A DNA stretch of 52,531 bases from Nanobdellota archaeon (GTDB lineage Archaea; Nanobdellota; Nanobdellia; Woesearchaeales; GW2011-AR4), in contig JADFLA010000004.1 in assembly GCA_022564635.1 (NCBI GenBank), positions 1-52,531 of the forward strand. Reading direction: 5' to 3'. Shown piece after piece: positions 15,761-25,915 of this stretch. The notes below the pieces were generated by a model that ran no database searches, had not been told where the DNA came from, and saw only the letters and a program-made list of their open reading frames with translations. The first letter of the stretch is position 1. Each line of letters opens with the position of its first letter. Position numbers and translations under genes: made by a program.

Positions 15761-17269
15761 ATGACTTTAGTCTCTAGCTTTAACAAAACATTCCAAACTT
15801 ATAAAAATAAGGTTGCAATAGAATTTAATGATAAAGAGGTTACTTTTGACAACATAAATAAAACCTCAAACAAAATAGCAAATGCTTTAAGAAATATTTC
15901 TGTAAATAAAGGGGATAGAGTTGCTTTATTTCATGCCAACAGCTTAGAATTAATTAATTTCTTTAATGGTACCATCAAAAATGGTTCCATTGTAGTTCCA
16001 ATGAACACCTATTTTAAGGAAATTGAAGCAAAACATATGCTCAATGATTCTGGAGCAAAAGTAATTTTAACAGATAAGGAAAGACTACCAATAATAAAAA
16101 AAATATTATCAGAACTTAACTTTTTAAAGCATGTCATTACAGTAGACAGCAACGAATTCATCGATTTTAATGATTTTATTAAAGATGCATCTGATAAAAA
16201 TCCTGATGTAGAAATTAATGATGATGATGGTTCTATAATATTTTATACTTCCGGAACAACAGGAAGATGCAAGGGAGCATTATTAAGCCATAAAAACATG
16301 GAATCTGATTTAGAAGCTCTAAAACAAACATGGCATCTAACAGATAAAGATAAATTACTCTTAACACTGCCGCTATACCATATTCATGGCTTAGGTGTAG
16401 CATTATGCAGCTCTTTTTATAACGGTTATAGCTCTCTTTTAAGAAAAAGGTTTGATCCAGAAGAAGTTTTAAAGTTAATAGAAGATAAAAAAACTACTTT
16501 ATTTATGGGAGTTCCTACAATGTATATTAAAATCTTGGAAGTAAAAGATAAAGAAAAGTATGATATTAGCAGCATGAGATTATTTATTTCTGGCTCAGCA
16601 GCTTTATCAGCAGAGACATTTAAGGAATTTAAAGATGTTTTTGGACATGAGGTTTTAGAACGGGCAGGAATGTCAGAAACAAACATGAATTTTTCCAATC
16701 CTTATAATGGAAAAAGAAAGCCAGGCACAGTAGGATTACCATTGCCATGTGTTCAAGTAAAAATTGTTGACAAAAACTTTAATGAAGTTTCGCAAGGAAA
16801 AGAAGGTGAAATTTTACTTAAAGGTCCTAATGTCTTCAAAGGTTATTGGAATTGTGAGGAAAAAACTAAAGCATCCTTCCATGATGGATGGTTTATAACT
16901 GGAGACATAGGAAAATTTGACGAAGATGGTTATATAACCTTCTTGGGCAGAAGCAAAGACCTAATAATTTCTGGTGGTTTAAATATTTATCCTGTAGAGG
17001 TTGAAGAGGTTATTAATTCACATCCTGAAGTTCAAGAAAGTGCCGTTGTTGGTGTACCAGACAAATGTTTCGGAGAAGCAGTTAAAGCCTTTGTCGTTCT
17101 AAAAGATGGTATTAAGATAAATGACAATGAAATAATTGCATACTGCAAACAAAAGGTAGCAAGCTATAAAAAGCCCAAATATGTCGAATTTATTGATGCC
17201 TTGCCAAGAAACACAATGGGAAAAGTCCAGAAAAATATTTTGAGAGAAAGATTAAATTTAGTATCTTAA
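15761..17269 (+). CDS. AMP-forming acyl-CoA synthetase, MatB/malonyl-CoA synthetase-like
   Basis: YTSGTTGRCKG, LPLYHIHGL, FMGVPTMY, SGSA, ERAGMSET, TGD, GRSKDLIISGG, PRNTMGKVQK. Confidence 0.9.
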   Translation: MTLVSSFNKTFQTYKNKVAIEFNDKEVTFDNINKTSNKIANALRNISVNKGDRVALFHANSLELINFFNGTIKNGSIVVPMNTYFKEIEAKHMLNDSGAKVILTDKERLPIIKKILSELNFLKHVITVDSNEFIDFNDFIKDASDKNPDVEINDDDGSIIFYTSGTTGRCKGALLSHKNMESDLEALKQTWHLTDKDKLLLTLPLYHIHGLGVALCSSFYNGYSSLLRKRFDPEEVLKLIEDKKTTLFMGVPTMYIKILEVKDKEKYDISSMRLFISGSAALSAETFKEFKDVFGHEVLERAGMSETNMNFSNPYNGKRKPGTVGLPLPCVQVKIVDKNFNEVSQGKEGEILLKGPNVFKGYWNCEEKTKASFHDGWFITGDIGKFDEDGYITFLGRSKDLIISGGLNIYPVEVEEVINSHPEVQESAVVGVPDKCFGEAVKAFVVLKDGIKINDNEIIAYCKQKVASYKKPKYVEFIDALPRNTMGKVQKNILRERLNLVS

Positions 17270-17464
17270 ATAATTCTAATGGTTCTAAAAGTAATGATAT
17301 CTAATCTCGCAATTATTGCCTGCGAGTCCTTAACGTTGTATATAGCAATAGATGGCGAGCGTATTGGCGAGCCCTAGAATTCCAAGGAATAATTATAATA
17401 TAAAAAAGTAAAAATAATGAATTTAGAAATTTCAATAATATCAATTTAAATAATAATATCCTTT

Positions 17465-18676
17465 TTATTCATATCTTAACGCATCCACAGGCTTTAATTT
17501 AGAAGCCCTATAAGCAGGCAAAGATCCAGATGCAGCTCCTACAAAAAATGCGAATAGAATACTCCCGATAGTGAGCCAAATAGGGAAAGAAGGTTGTAAA
17601 AATGAAAAGCCGGCTTGTGCGGCAATTTTGCCGCCTGTACTTGAAATAAGGAAACCAAGAATTACCCCAATAAGGCCGCCAATTGCTCCTAAGATTCCTG
17701 ATTCTATTACAAAAATTGACAAGATATCTCTATTCCTAGCGCCAACAGCCTTCATTATTCCTATCTCTTTTGTCCTTTCCACAACAGCAGTGTACATTGT
17801 GTTCATTGTGTTTACAGAAGCAACAATTAAAGAAACTAAAGCAATTAAAACTAAAATTCCACTCAAAATCAATATAATATTATTGAAAGTTTGTAATGCA
17901 TCCTCAAACGTCTGCACAAAAAAATCCTCTTTACCTTCTTCTTGACCCTTATGCTTTCTTAACTTGTCTGTTATCCTTTCAGCAAGCAAAGAAGGATCAA
18001 CATTTCTGTTAGCCTTAACCATTACAAACCCAAACTGATCCTTATCATCAGGAAACAACGATTCAAAAGTATCATATGTAAAAAAAACATTAGAATCATC
18101 TTGAGGATTCCCAATTTTTTCATAAAAGCCAATAACCTCGAATACTTCATCATTAATCTCTATTTTTTCCCCTAAAGCTACAGATTTTTTGAAAATTTTA
18201 TCCTCAAGCTGATAATTATGTCCCAATACAACTTTATCAAAATCCCCTTTTTTCAGCTGCCTACCTTTTTCAACACCTACAGTAAATGCTTCCTCAACAA
18301 AGTCTATTTTACTGGGATCAATGCCAGATCCAAATACAAATTTAAGTTGTCTGTTCTTTTTAACTTCAACAGTTTTAAAGTAAATTCCAGAAATCTCTTG
18401 AATGCCATTGATTTTTTCCACAAAATCAATATCATCTCTTAAAATCCTAAAGTTTTCATCTGTGCCTGGAGCGCCTATACCTCTGCTTTGTATGAACAGC
18501 TTGTCAATACCAGCTTGCTCAGCAATAACATTGACATAATTCTGCAGCCCAACACCAAAACTTATTAGAGCATAAATAGCAGTTACTCCTATTAGGATGG
18601 ACAGTATTGTTAGACCACTCCTTAGCTTTCTTTTTTTCACATTTAGGAATGCATATTTAATTAATTCTAGGTTCAT
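17465..18676 (-). CDS. ABC transporter permease, MacB/FtsX family
   Basis: RKLRSGLT, NTMYTAVVERTKEIGIMKAVGA, PAYRASKLKPVDALRYE. Confidence 0.95.
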   Translation of the reverse strand: MNLELIKYAFLNVKKRKLRSGLTILSILIGVTAIYALISFGVGLQNYVNVIAEQAGIDKLFIQSRGIGAPGTDENFRILRDDIDFVEKINGIQEISGIYFKTVEVKKNRQLKFVFGSGIDPSKIDFVEEAFTVGVEKGRQLKKGDFDKVVLGHNYQLEDKIFKKSVALGEKIEINDEVFEVIGFYEKIGNPQDDSNVFFTYDTFESLFPDDKDQFGFVMVKANRNVDPSLLAERITDKLRKHKGQEEGKEDFFVQTFEDALQTFNNIILILSGILVLIALVSLIVASVNTMNTMYTAVVERTKEIGIMKAVGARNRDILSIFVIESGILGAIGGLIGVILGFLISSTGGKIAAQAGFSFLQPSFPIWLTIGSILFAFFVGAASGSLPAYRASKLKPVDALRYE

Positions 18677-19896
18677 TTTGTAAACCGCAAGGAATCAACT
18701 GGATTTTTCTTAGAGGCTTGATAAGCAGGAACAGTACCTGCAATTAACCCAACTAAAAAGGAAAAGAGTAAAGCACCTAGTACTAGCTCAATACTAATAT
18801 CTGCCCTAATTAGTTCAGATCCAAGAGCCAGCCTTCCCATAAAAGCAAGTCCATGTGAAAGTACAAATCCAAATATTATTCCAACAACCCCACCAACAAT
18901 ACCCAACAAACCAGATTCAATGAAGAATAATGTGAATATAGTTTGATTAGTTGCACCTATTGATTTCATAATACCAATTTCTTTAGTTCTTTCTAAAACA
19001 GCTGTATACATAGTATTTGTAATTCCAATGCCACCAACTATTATAGAAATAAAGGCAATTATTGAAATAAATAATTGTACACCAAATAAAGTTTGATCAA
19101 GACTTTGCAAAGCATTTTGTGGACTTTGAACAGTAAAGTCTTCTTCTCCTTCCTTTACATTTCGTTCTTTTCTTAGGAGCTGCTCAATATCTCTTTGCAC
19201 ATTACCTATAGTTTTCAAATCTTTAACTTTGACAGCTATGACGTTTACTGAATTATCATCACGAAATTCATTCACTAGAACATCTTCATTCATAATAACT
19301 GCTGTATCGAAAATAAAACTTCCCTTTTTTTCTAAAATTCCAACAACATCAAATAGTTGTCCATTGAATAACACTTTATTACCAACTTTAATTTCCTTTC
19401 CAAACCTATCTTCATCAGTGAAGCTATCACCAAGAACAACCTTAAACTTGTCTCCATCTTTTAATAAGCGCCCTTCCCTAACTTTTAGATTAATCATATC
19501 CTCAAATATATTGCGATCTTTTCCTTCTGGTACATTCCATGCAAAAACAATATCTTGCTTGTCATTAAATTCAAATGTTCCAGACTCGATGAACCTGTTG
19601 ATAGCAGCATCAACCCCAGGAATTCTTTCAATTTTATCTGCTAAATCATCTGTTAGAGGATTTACAACAGCTTGTCCAGGAGGCCCAGCAAAATTTATCC
19701 CAGATGCTTGTACACCCAAAACATCTGGTCCAAGAAAACCAAACTGGCCTGTTATAGCGCCTCTTAAACCCTCTCCTAGGCCCATTAAAGCAACTACAGC
19801 TGCAATCCCGATAAAAATGCCAATCATAGTCAGCCAAGAACGAAGCTTTCGCTGCGTGAGACTTTTCAAAGCAATGATAATATAATCAATTCGCAT
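18673..19896 (-). CDS. ABC transporter permease, MacB/FtsX family
   Basis: RKLRSWLT, NTMYTAVLERTKEIGIMKSIGA; paralog of the neighbouring gene. Confidence 0.95.
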   Translation of the reverse strand: MRIDYIIIALKSLTQRKLRSWLTMIGIFIGIAAVVALMGLGEGLRGAITGQFGFLGPDVLGVQASGINFAGPPGQAVVNPLTDDLADKIERIPGVDAAINRFIESGTFEFNDKQDIVFAWNVPEGKDRNIFEDMINLKVREGRLLKDGDKFKVVLGDSFTDEDRFGKEIKVGNKVLFNGQLFDVVGILEKKGSFIFDTAVIMNEDVLVNEFRDDNSVNVIAVKVKDLKTIGNVQRDIEQLLRKERNVKEGEEDFTVQSPQNALQSLDQTLFGVQLFISIIAFISIIVGGIGITNTMYTAVLERTKEIGIMKSIGATNQTIFTLFFIESGLLGIVGGVVGIIFGFVLSHGLAFMGRLALGSELIRADISIELVLGALLFSFLVGLIAGTVPAYQASKKNPVDSLRFTK

Positions 19897-19897
19897 C

Positions 19898-21217
19898 CTA
19901 AGATTTTTTTCTCATCTTTCTTCTTTTCCTATAGTACCAAAGCCCTGCAACTACAATTACGATAATTATAAGTGCCCCCATAAATCTATTACCTTGCTTT
20001 AAGCCTAGTTTTTTTGCTTCAGAAGCCGTATACAGATTAAGTTTTAGCTCAATTTTGTCACTAAAATCATTATTATTAGCGTCCTTGTACTCGAGTACCA
20101 AAGGCAATGTTATTTGCTTGCTTCTTGTTTTATCAACAAACAATTTAAATTCAGCAGTCTCGAAATCATCAGATTCTATATTGCCCAAATATTTATCTTC
20201 ATTTGACAGTATTCTATAATCTTCGCTTGACAACAATTTCATATTAACAAACTTGATGTTTATTACCCCTTTATTTACAACTTTGATAACAATTTCTCCA
20301 GATTTCCCAGCCTCATATATATCTGAATCGTCTAAGGTGACGCTTAAATCAGGTATCGCTCCTATTACAATGCCTATAGTGCCATTAGTAACATAACCCT
20401 TTCCCAATTCATCTGAATATGCAATTTTCAACGGAACCTGGTAAACTCCGCTTTCAGCTTCCGGATTTGCTAAGATCTTAAAGTTAAATTCATAGTCTTC
20501 TTTCGCATCTATCTGATAAATACTTTTTTCATTAGTAGAGCCTAAAGGAACAAATAGTGACTTGTCTATGTCAAGTGTTACTTTTATATCCTTCAAAACC
20601 GAATCGGCTTTATTTGAAAGCATTATTTTTATATTTCCGCTTGATCCAGGTTCCAATGTTTTTTTATCTAAAGAAACAGAATCAACTGCTAGAATTGCAT
20701 CATGTGTTTGTATATCCACAAAAAATTCTTCCAGTTTTATCCAAACACCCTTATCAATCCTGTACCTGACTCTTAACTCATTTTCTCCTTCTACAGCATT
20801 TTTATCTACTCTTAACTTATACTTTACTATGACACCTACATCACCCTTTTGCCTGCTCTGCAGTATGCCTATATTCCTTACCGCATGTCTTCCAGGATCT
20901 AATGATAATGGATATTCCGGCAGTATTTCAACATCAACATCCCTTGCTTCCCCTGTACCGTTATTATCGAACTTGATTCTGACATCAACATACTTTCCTG
21001 GCTCTGCAGGATCTGGTTCCTGGTTAATCAAGGTTACAGCTATGTCTTGTATGTTTGATGGTCTTTGTGTGCTTTGCTTTGTTTGTCCGCCTACATAAAT
21101 AGTAAGCAAAATCATTATTATACTATAAACAATTAACATATTTAATATATTTTTTTTAATTAATTTTTTCATTGGTTTAAATTTATTTAAACCTTGAAAA
21201 TTTCTTTTAATTTTCAT
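19898..21217 (-). CDS. COG1361-like S-layer/Ig-fold protein associated with the ABC exporter
   Basis: QEPDPAEPG, repeated NxG Ig-like strands, YLGNIESDDFETAEF, C-terminal TM plus basic tail. Confidence 0.85.
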   Translation of the reverse strand: MKIKRNFQGLNKFKPMKKLIKKNILNMLIVYSIIMILLTIYVGGQTKQSTQRPSNIQDIAVTLINQEPDPAEPGKYVDVRIKFDNNGTGEARDVDVEILPEYPLSLDPGRHAVRNIGILQSRQKGDVGVIVKYKLRVDKNAVEGENELRVRYRIDKGVWIKLEEFFVDIQTHDAILAVDSVSLDKKTLEPGSSGNIKIMLSNKADSVLKDIKVTLDIDKSLFVPLGSTNEKSIYQIDAKEDYEFNFKILANPEAESGVYQVPLKIAYSDELGKGYVTNGTIGIVIGAIPDLSVTLDDSDIYEAGKSGEIVIKVVNKGVINIKFVNMKLLSSEDYRILSNEDKYLGNIESDDFETAEFKLFVDKTRSKQITLPLVLEYKDANNNDFSDKIELKLNLYTASEAKKLGLKQGNRFMGALIIIVIVVAGLWYYRKRRKMRKKS

Positions 21218-21909
21218 TGAGTACCACCTTTAGTTCTTTTTACTATTTTTCCGTCTTTAAGGAATTCAATTCTATGAGCATGTTTTGCAACATTTGCATC
21301 ATGCGTCACCACTATTATTGTCTTGCCATCCTTGTTAAGATTTTCCAAGAACTTTATGACAACTTCTCCTGTTTTTGAATCTAAATTCCCAGTAGGCTCA
21401 TCTGCTAAAACAACTTCTGGATCATTAGCTAGGCTTCTTGCAATTGCTACACGCTGCTGTTCACCACCACTTAATTCTGTCGGCTTATGGTAAATTCTTT
21501 CTTGTAATCCAACTCTCTCCAAAAGTTTTTTTCCAATTTCTAATCTTTCATCTCTTTCTATACCCTGAAATACCATTGGTAAAGCAACATTTTCCAGCGC
21601 ACTTAACGTGTTTATCAAATTGAATTGCTGGAATATAAATCCAATTTTTTTGCCTCTTATTTGTGCTAAATCAGACTCTGATAGCTTTGAAATGTCATGC
21701 TTCTCAAGATAAACCTTGCCTTTACTTGGAATATCCAATGCACCAACCATATTTACAGCAGTTGATTTTCCTGACCCAGATGGGCCCATTATAGCAACAA
21801 ACTCCCCTTTCTTAATTTCTAAGTCTAATCCTCTGAGAGCATTTACCTTAACCTCTCCCATTTGGTAGGTTTTCCATACATTATCCAGTTTGATTATTGT
21901 GTCTTTCAT
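21214..21909 (-). CDS. ABC transporter ATP-binding protein, LolD/MacB type
   Basis: GPSGSGKS, LSGGEQQRVAIAR, LADEPTGNLD, VTHD. Confidence 0.96.
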   Translation of the reverse strand: MKDTIIKLDNVWKTYQMGEVKVNALRGLDLEIKKGEFVAIMGPSGSGKSTAVNMVGALDIPSKGKVYLEKHDISKLSESDLAQIRGKKIGFIFQQFNLINTLSALENVALPMVFQGIERDERLEIGKKLLERVGLQERIYHKPTELSGGEQQRVAIARSLANDPEVVLADEPTGNLDSKTGEVVIKFLENLNKDGKTIIVVTHDANVAKHAHRIEFLKDGKIVKRTKGGTQ

Positions 21910-21910
21910 C

Positions 21911-22102
21911 TTATTTCAAAACCCATAAGTTAACACCTACTTTTTTTATCCTCCTGAATTTATTATCTAAAGTTAGCTCTAGAAGGTACTTTTCTGCAGT
22001 ATTCCAGGAAATCTCAAATTTATTAGCGATTTCTGTAGTAGTTATAACTCCATCTTCCTTAGCAAAATCCAGAATTTTATCTTTTAAATTATGTGATTTC
22101 AT
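21911..22102 (-). CDS. Small winged-helix DNA-binding protein heading the ABC operon
   Basis: MKSHNLKDKIL..TTTEIANKFEISWNTAEKYLLEL HTH; ATG 22102 preferred. Confidence 0.75.
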   Translation of the reverse strand: MKSHNLKDKILDFAKEDGVITTTEIANKFEISWNTAEKYLLELTLDNKFRRIKKVGVNLWVLK

Positions 22103-22110
22103 AAGTAAAT

Positions 22111-22152
22111 ACCTATTTTTATACCTATGTATAAACCTATGTAATAACATAT
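22111..22152. promoter_or_regulatory. Four phased AC(C/A)TAT direct repeats, candidate operator
   Basis: ACCTAT at 22111, 22123 and 22135, ACATAT at 22147 (12-bp period), between a minus-strand TTTAAATA box (22152-22159) and the HTH start. Confidence 0.5.
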
Positions 22153-22214
22153 ATTTAAATTTTGTGTTTAGTAATAAAAACATTTATATTAAATAAAAAC
22201 AAATTCATATTATA

Positions 22215-23636
22215 ATGTTAAATTGGAAAATATTATCACATTTAAACTCAAAAAAAATAAAACTCTTGCAAGAAAAAAAAATAAGATATTTTATACAGCA
22301 TAAAATCCCATTTAGTCCTTATTACAACAAATTGTTCAAAAAAAATAAAATAAAATTCTCCGATATAAAAACATTAGAAGATTTAAGGAGAATTCCTTTT
22401 ACAACAAAAAAAGACATCGTTCCAACAAAAAAAGAGAAAAAACATATTAATTTCATATTAAAACCTGATAAAGAATTAATTAAAAAATATTCTTCAAAAT
22501 TTGACTTATTGAAATACTCTTTAAATAAAAATTCTGCTTTTAAAGAATTTAATCCAACACACATACACTTTACCACAGGTAGAACAGCAAATACAGTTCC
22601 ATTTCTTTATACACCTTATGATTTGGAAAAGTTAAGAGAGGCAGGAAGAAGAATGATGGACATTTTTAATATAGATAAAAGTGATAGACTTGTGAACGCC
22701 TTTCCTTATGCTCCGCATTTAGCTTTCTGGGCCACATTTTTTGCAGCAGAGGCCTCTGGTTTATTTGCAGTACACACAGGAGGTGGAAAAATTTTGGGTA
22801 CAGATAAGATAATAAAAACTATTGAGAACACAAAAGCAAGCTTATTATCCTTTATTCCTGGCTATGCATATCATTTGTTAAGAGAAGCAAAAAACAAGAA
22901 GGCAAATTTTAGTAATGTTAAAAAAATATTTTTTGGTGGTGAAAGAGTCTCTAAAGGATTAAGGTATAAAATAAAAATCATGCTTAAAAGCTTAGGAAGC
23001 AAAAATCCAGAAATATTTGCAACTTACGCTTTTACAGAAGGAAAGGTTGCATGGGCAGAATGCAAAGAAAATTCCGGTTATCATCTTTATCCTGATATGG
23101 AATTTATTGAAATAGTAGATAAGAATAATGAAAATGTTGGAGAAAATGAAAAAGGAGAAATTGTTTACACAGCACTAGATTTTAGAGGAACTATTGTCTT
23201 AAGATACAAAACAGGTGATATTGGAAGCATAACAAATGAAAAATGCAGCTGTGGAAGAACAGTACCAAGAATAAGCTCTAAAATAGAAAGAAGTTCCGAA
23301 ATTAAAGAATTTAATCTGACAAAGGTAAAAGGTACATTGGTTAATTTAAATACATTTTTTGAAATATTAAACATAAAGGAAATAGAGGAATGGCAAGTTG
23401 AGATAAGGAAAAAGAATAATGATCCTTACGATTTGGATGAATTAATAGTTTATATCTCACCCAAAAAAAATATTGATTTTATTAAACTAAAATCTAAACT
23501 GAAAAATATATTGAAAGATCAATTGGAAATCACTCCTCAAATCATTAAAATAGACTTAAATAAATTATTAGACAAATTAGGAATGGAAACGGAGTTAAAG
23601 GAAAAGAGAATTATTGATAAAAGGACTAAAATTTGA
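22215..23636 (+). CDS. Phenylacetate-CoA ligase (PaaK)-like adenylating enzyme
   Basis: SPYY..IPFTTKKD, FTTGRT, GGE, YAFTEG, GEIVYT, LRYKTGD, CSCGR. Confidence 0.85.
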   Translation: MLNWKILSHLNSKKIKLLQEKKIRYFIQHKIPFSPYYNKLFKKNKIKFSDIKTLEDLRRIPFTTKKDIVPTKKEKKHINFILKPDKELIKKYSSKFDLLKYSLNKNSAFKEFNPTHIHFTTGRTANTVPFLYTPYDLEKLREAGRRMMDIFNIDKSDRLVNAFPYAPHLAFWATFFAAEASGLFAVHTGGGKILGTDKIIKTIENTKASLLSFIPGYAYHLLREAKNKKANFSNVKKIFFGGERVSKGLRYKIKIMLKSLGSKNPEIFATYAFTEGKVAWAECKENSGYHLYPDMEFIEIVDKNNENVGENEKGEIVYTALDFRGTIVLRYKTGDIGSITNEKCSCGRTVPRISSKIERSSEIKEFNLTKVKGTLVNLNTFFEILNIKEIEEWQVEIRKKNNDPYDLDELIVYISPKKNIDFIKLKSKLKNILKDQLEITPQIIKIDLNKLLDKLGMETELKEKRIIDKRTKI

Positions 23637-24249
23637 CTAATACCGCCCTAATAGGGCTTGCATCACCATCTTTAACTTTTAATGGTAACCCAATAAAGAA
23701 ATATCTTCCCGACTTTATCTTGGACAATTCAAGACCTTCAAATATAATTATGCCCTTACCAAGCAGAGACTTGTGTGTGTCATAGCTAGGTTGGCTCCTT
23801 TCTATGCCCAATGCATTAATTCCAACACTTTTGATTTTTTTTGACGCAAGAAATTTTGCGCCAGATGCAGCTAAATAAACAAAGTTAAAATCAAATGTTT
23901 TTTTGTACTCATTTGAAGTCTTCAAAATAACAATATCATCTTTCCTTATTTTAGCTTTAATAAGGTCTACTTTTTCTATACCGCGATTTTTTATATCAGT
24001 TAAATCAATAACAACACATTCTCCTAAAAATTTTTCAGCTGAAACCTTATCAATCTTTTTCCCATTCTGAAGAAAATGAAATGGAGCATCGACATGAGTT
24101 CCTGTATGCGCATCAAGATGAAACCTGGATTCATTGGCATTACCTGTTCTGGTTGTAGAAGTGATCTCTATCTTAGGTCTTTTATCATCCTTGTCTTTCC
24201 AGACTCCCATGCCCTCATTTATCTCCATAGAAATATCAAAGATTTTCAT
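23626..24249 (-). CDS. Cyclase family (kynurenine formamidase-like) metallohydrolase
   Basis: HTGTHVDAPFH, H.SLLG..IIFEGL, PLK..DASPIRA. Confidence 0.92.
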   Translation of the reverse strand: MKIFDISMEINEGMGVWKDKDDKRPKIEITSTTRTGNANESRFHLDAHTGTHVDAPFHFLQNGKKIDKVSAEKFLGECVVIDLTDIKNRGIEKVDLIKAKIRKDDIVILKTSNEYKKTFDFNFVYLAASGAKFLASKKIKSVGINALGIERSQPSYDTHKSLLGKGIIIFEGLELSKIKSGRYFFIGLPLKVKDGDASPIRAVLVKF

Positions 24250-24323
24250 TTTTCCAATTTTTAAATTAATAATTATTTTATTAAAAAATATTTCATTGAA
24301 TTTGATTATTATTGTATTTATTT

Positions 24324-25847
24324 TTATTGTGTTGTTGAGTTTTGTAGTAATGTCGAATAAATAGATTTTTGGGGCTTATACCATTTCCTTTTGTCTTTCT
24401 CAATCAAAACATCTGCTTCCTTAGGTCCCCAGCTTCCTGCATTATAACTAGTAACCTTTCCATTCTTCCACGCTTTTGATATCTTATCAACAATCTTCCA
24501 AGAATGTTCCACCATATCCCAGCTTGTAAATAAAGTTTGATCACCAATCATTACATCATAAAGCAATCTTTCATAAGCATCTGGAGTATTAGGGCCAAAC
24601 TTACATTCATGGCAGAAATCCATCCTTACATTATCAACTATCATTTTTTTGCCAGGAATCTTTGCAGAAAATTGTAAGGAAATTCCTTCTTCTGGCTGTA
24701 TCCTGACAATTAACATATTTGGTTCTATGTTTTTGACATGCTCATTGAACAAAATTCCTGGATTTTGCTTAAAAACAATATTTATCTCAGCAACCCTTTC
24801 CTTTAGCCTTTTTCCTGTTCTTAAATAAAAGGGAACATTTAACCATCTCCAATTATCGATATTAAGTTTTAATGCAGCAAAAGTCTCAGTATTTGAATTT
24901 TTTTCAATTTTATCCTCCTCCCTGTAAGCCTTTACTCTTTTGTTATTTATTGTTCCAGATCCATACTGACCGCGTACTGCTATTTTACTAACCTCTTTTA
25001 ACGTAAATGCTCTTATCGATCTTAAAACTTTTACTTTTTCCTCTCTTACATCATCTGCATCTAAACTAACTGGAGGTTCCATCGCTGTCAGCACAATAAG
25101 TTGCATCATATGGTTCTGTATAATATCCTTTAGAGCTCCAGACTTATCATAATAATTCCCTCTAGTTTCAACACCTAGATCTTCTGCAACAGTAATCTGT
25201 ACATGATCTATATATTTCTTGTTCCATATAGGATCAAAAATACTGTTTGCAAATCTAAGAACCAGCAAATTTTGCACAAGCTCTTTTCCTAAGTAATGAT
25301 CAATTCTGTATATTTCATTTTCCTTGAAAGCCTTTTTTATTGCCTTGTTAAGTTTTTTTGCTGACTTTAAGTCGTGACCAAATGGTTTTTCAAAAACAAC
25401 TCTGCTCCATGATTTTTCACTTATAGCAAGGCCGCTTTTCTTCAAATTATTTATTATCACCTCAAAGAAAGATGGGGGCGCTGCAAGGTAAAAGATTCTG
25501 TTGCATTTTCCGGAAGATTTTGAGCATATTTTTTTTATCAAATTCTTAAGTTTATTATAACCTTTAATATCTTGAAACTCGGACTGATGGTAAACAATTT
25601 TATTTGATAACCTCTTCCAAACTTCGTTATTTACTTTAAATTTTGAAAAATTTTTTATCGCTTTTAATGATTCTTTTCTAAACTGTTCATTATCTTTTGA
25701 TTTCCTTGCAAATGCAATTATTTTAGATTCCTTATGCAGAAGACTCTCAAATTCAAGCTTATACAGAGCTGGCAACAATTTCCTATTTGTTAAGTCCCCG
25801 GTTGCCCCAAAAATAATTATTATACAAGGATCAATATTTTTTTCCAT
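24324..25847 (-). CDS. zwf: Glucose-6-phosphate 1-dehydrogenase, bacterial type
   Basis: FGATGDL, EKPFG, YRIDHYLGKE, QNHMMQ, PFYLRTGK, AYERLL. Confidence 0.97.
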   Translation of the reverse strand: MEKNIDPCIIIIFGATGDLTNRKLLPALYKLEFESLLHKESKIIAFARKSKDNEQFRKESLKAIKNFSKFKVNNEVWKRLSNKIVYHQSEFQDIKGYNKLKNLIKKICSKSSGKCNRIFYLAAPPSFFEVIINNLKKSGLAISEKSWSRVVFEKPFGHDLKSAKKLNKAIKKAFKENEIYRIDHYLGKELVQNLLVLRFANSIFDPIWNKKYIDHVQITVAEDLGVETRGNYYDKSGALKDIIQNHMMQLIVLTAMEPPVSLDADDVREEKVKVLRSIRAFTLKEVSKIAVRGQYGSGTINNKRVKAYREEDKIEKNSNTETFAALKLNIDNWRWLNVPFYLRTGKRLKERVAEINIVFKQNPGILFNEHVKNIEPNMLIVRIQPEEGISLQFSAKIPGKKMIVDNVRMDFCHECKFGPNTPDAYERLLYDVMIGDQTLFTSWDMVEHSWKIVDKISKAWKNGKVTSYNAGSWGPKEADVLIEKDKRKWYKPQKSIYSTLLQNSTTQ

Positions 25848-25915
25848 TTTTTATATTATTATTTAAGTTTTTATTATTATTGAGTTTTATTTTATATTGG
25901 AATTTTTAAATGTGC

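Noticed and set aside
19229-21098. Long plus-strand ORFs (19229-19885, 20562-21098) and similar antisense ORFs elsewhere
   Set aside because: Antisense shadows of well-supported minus-strand genes.
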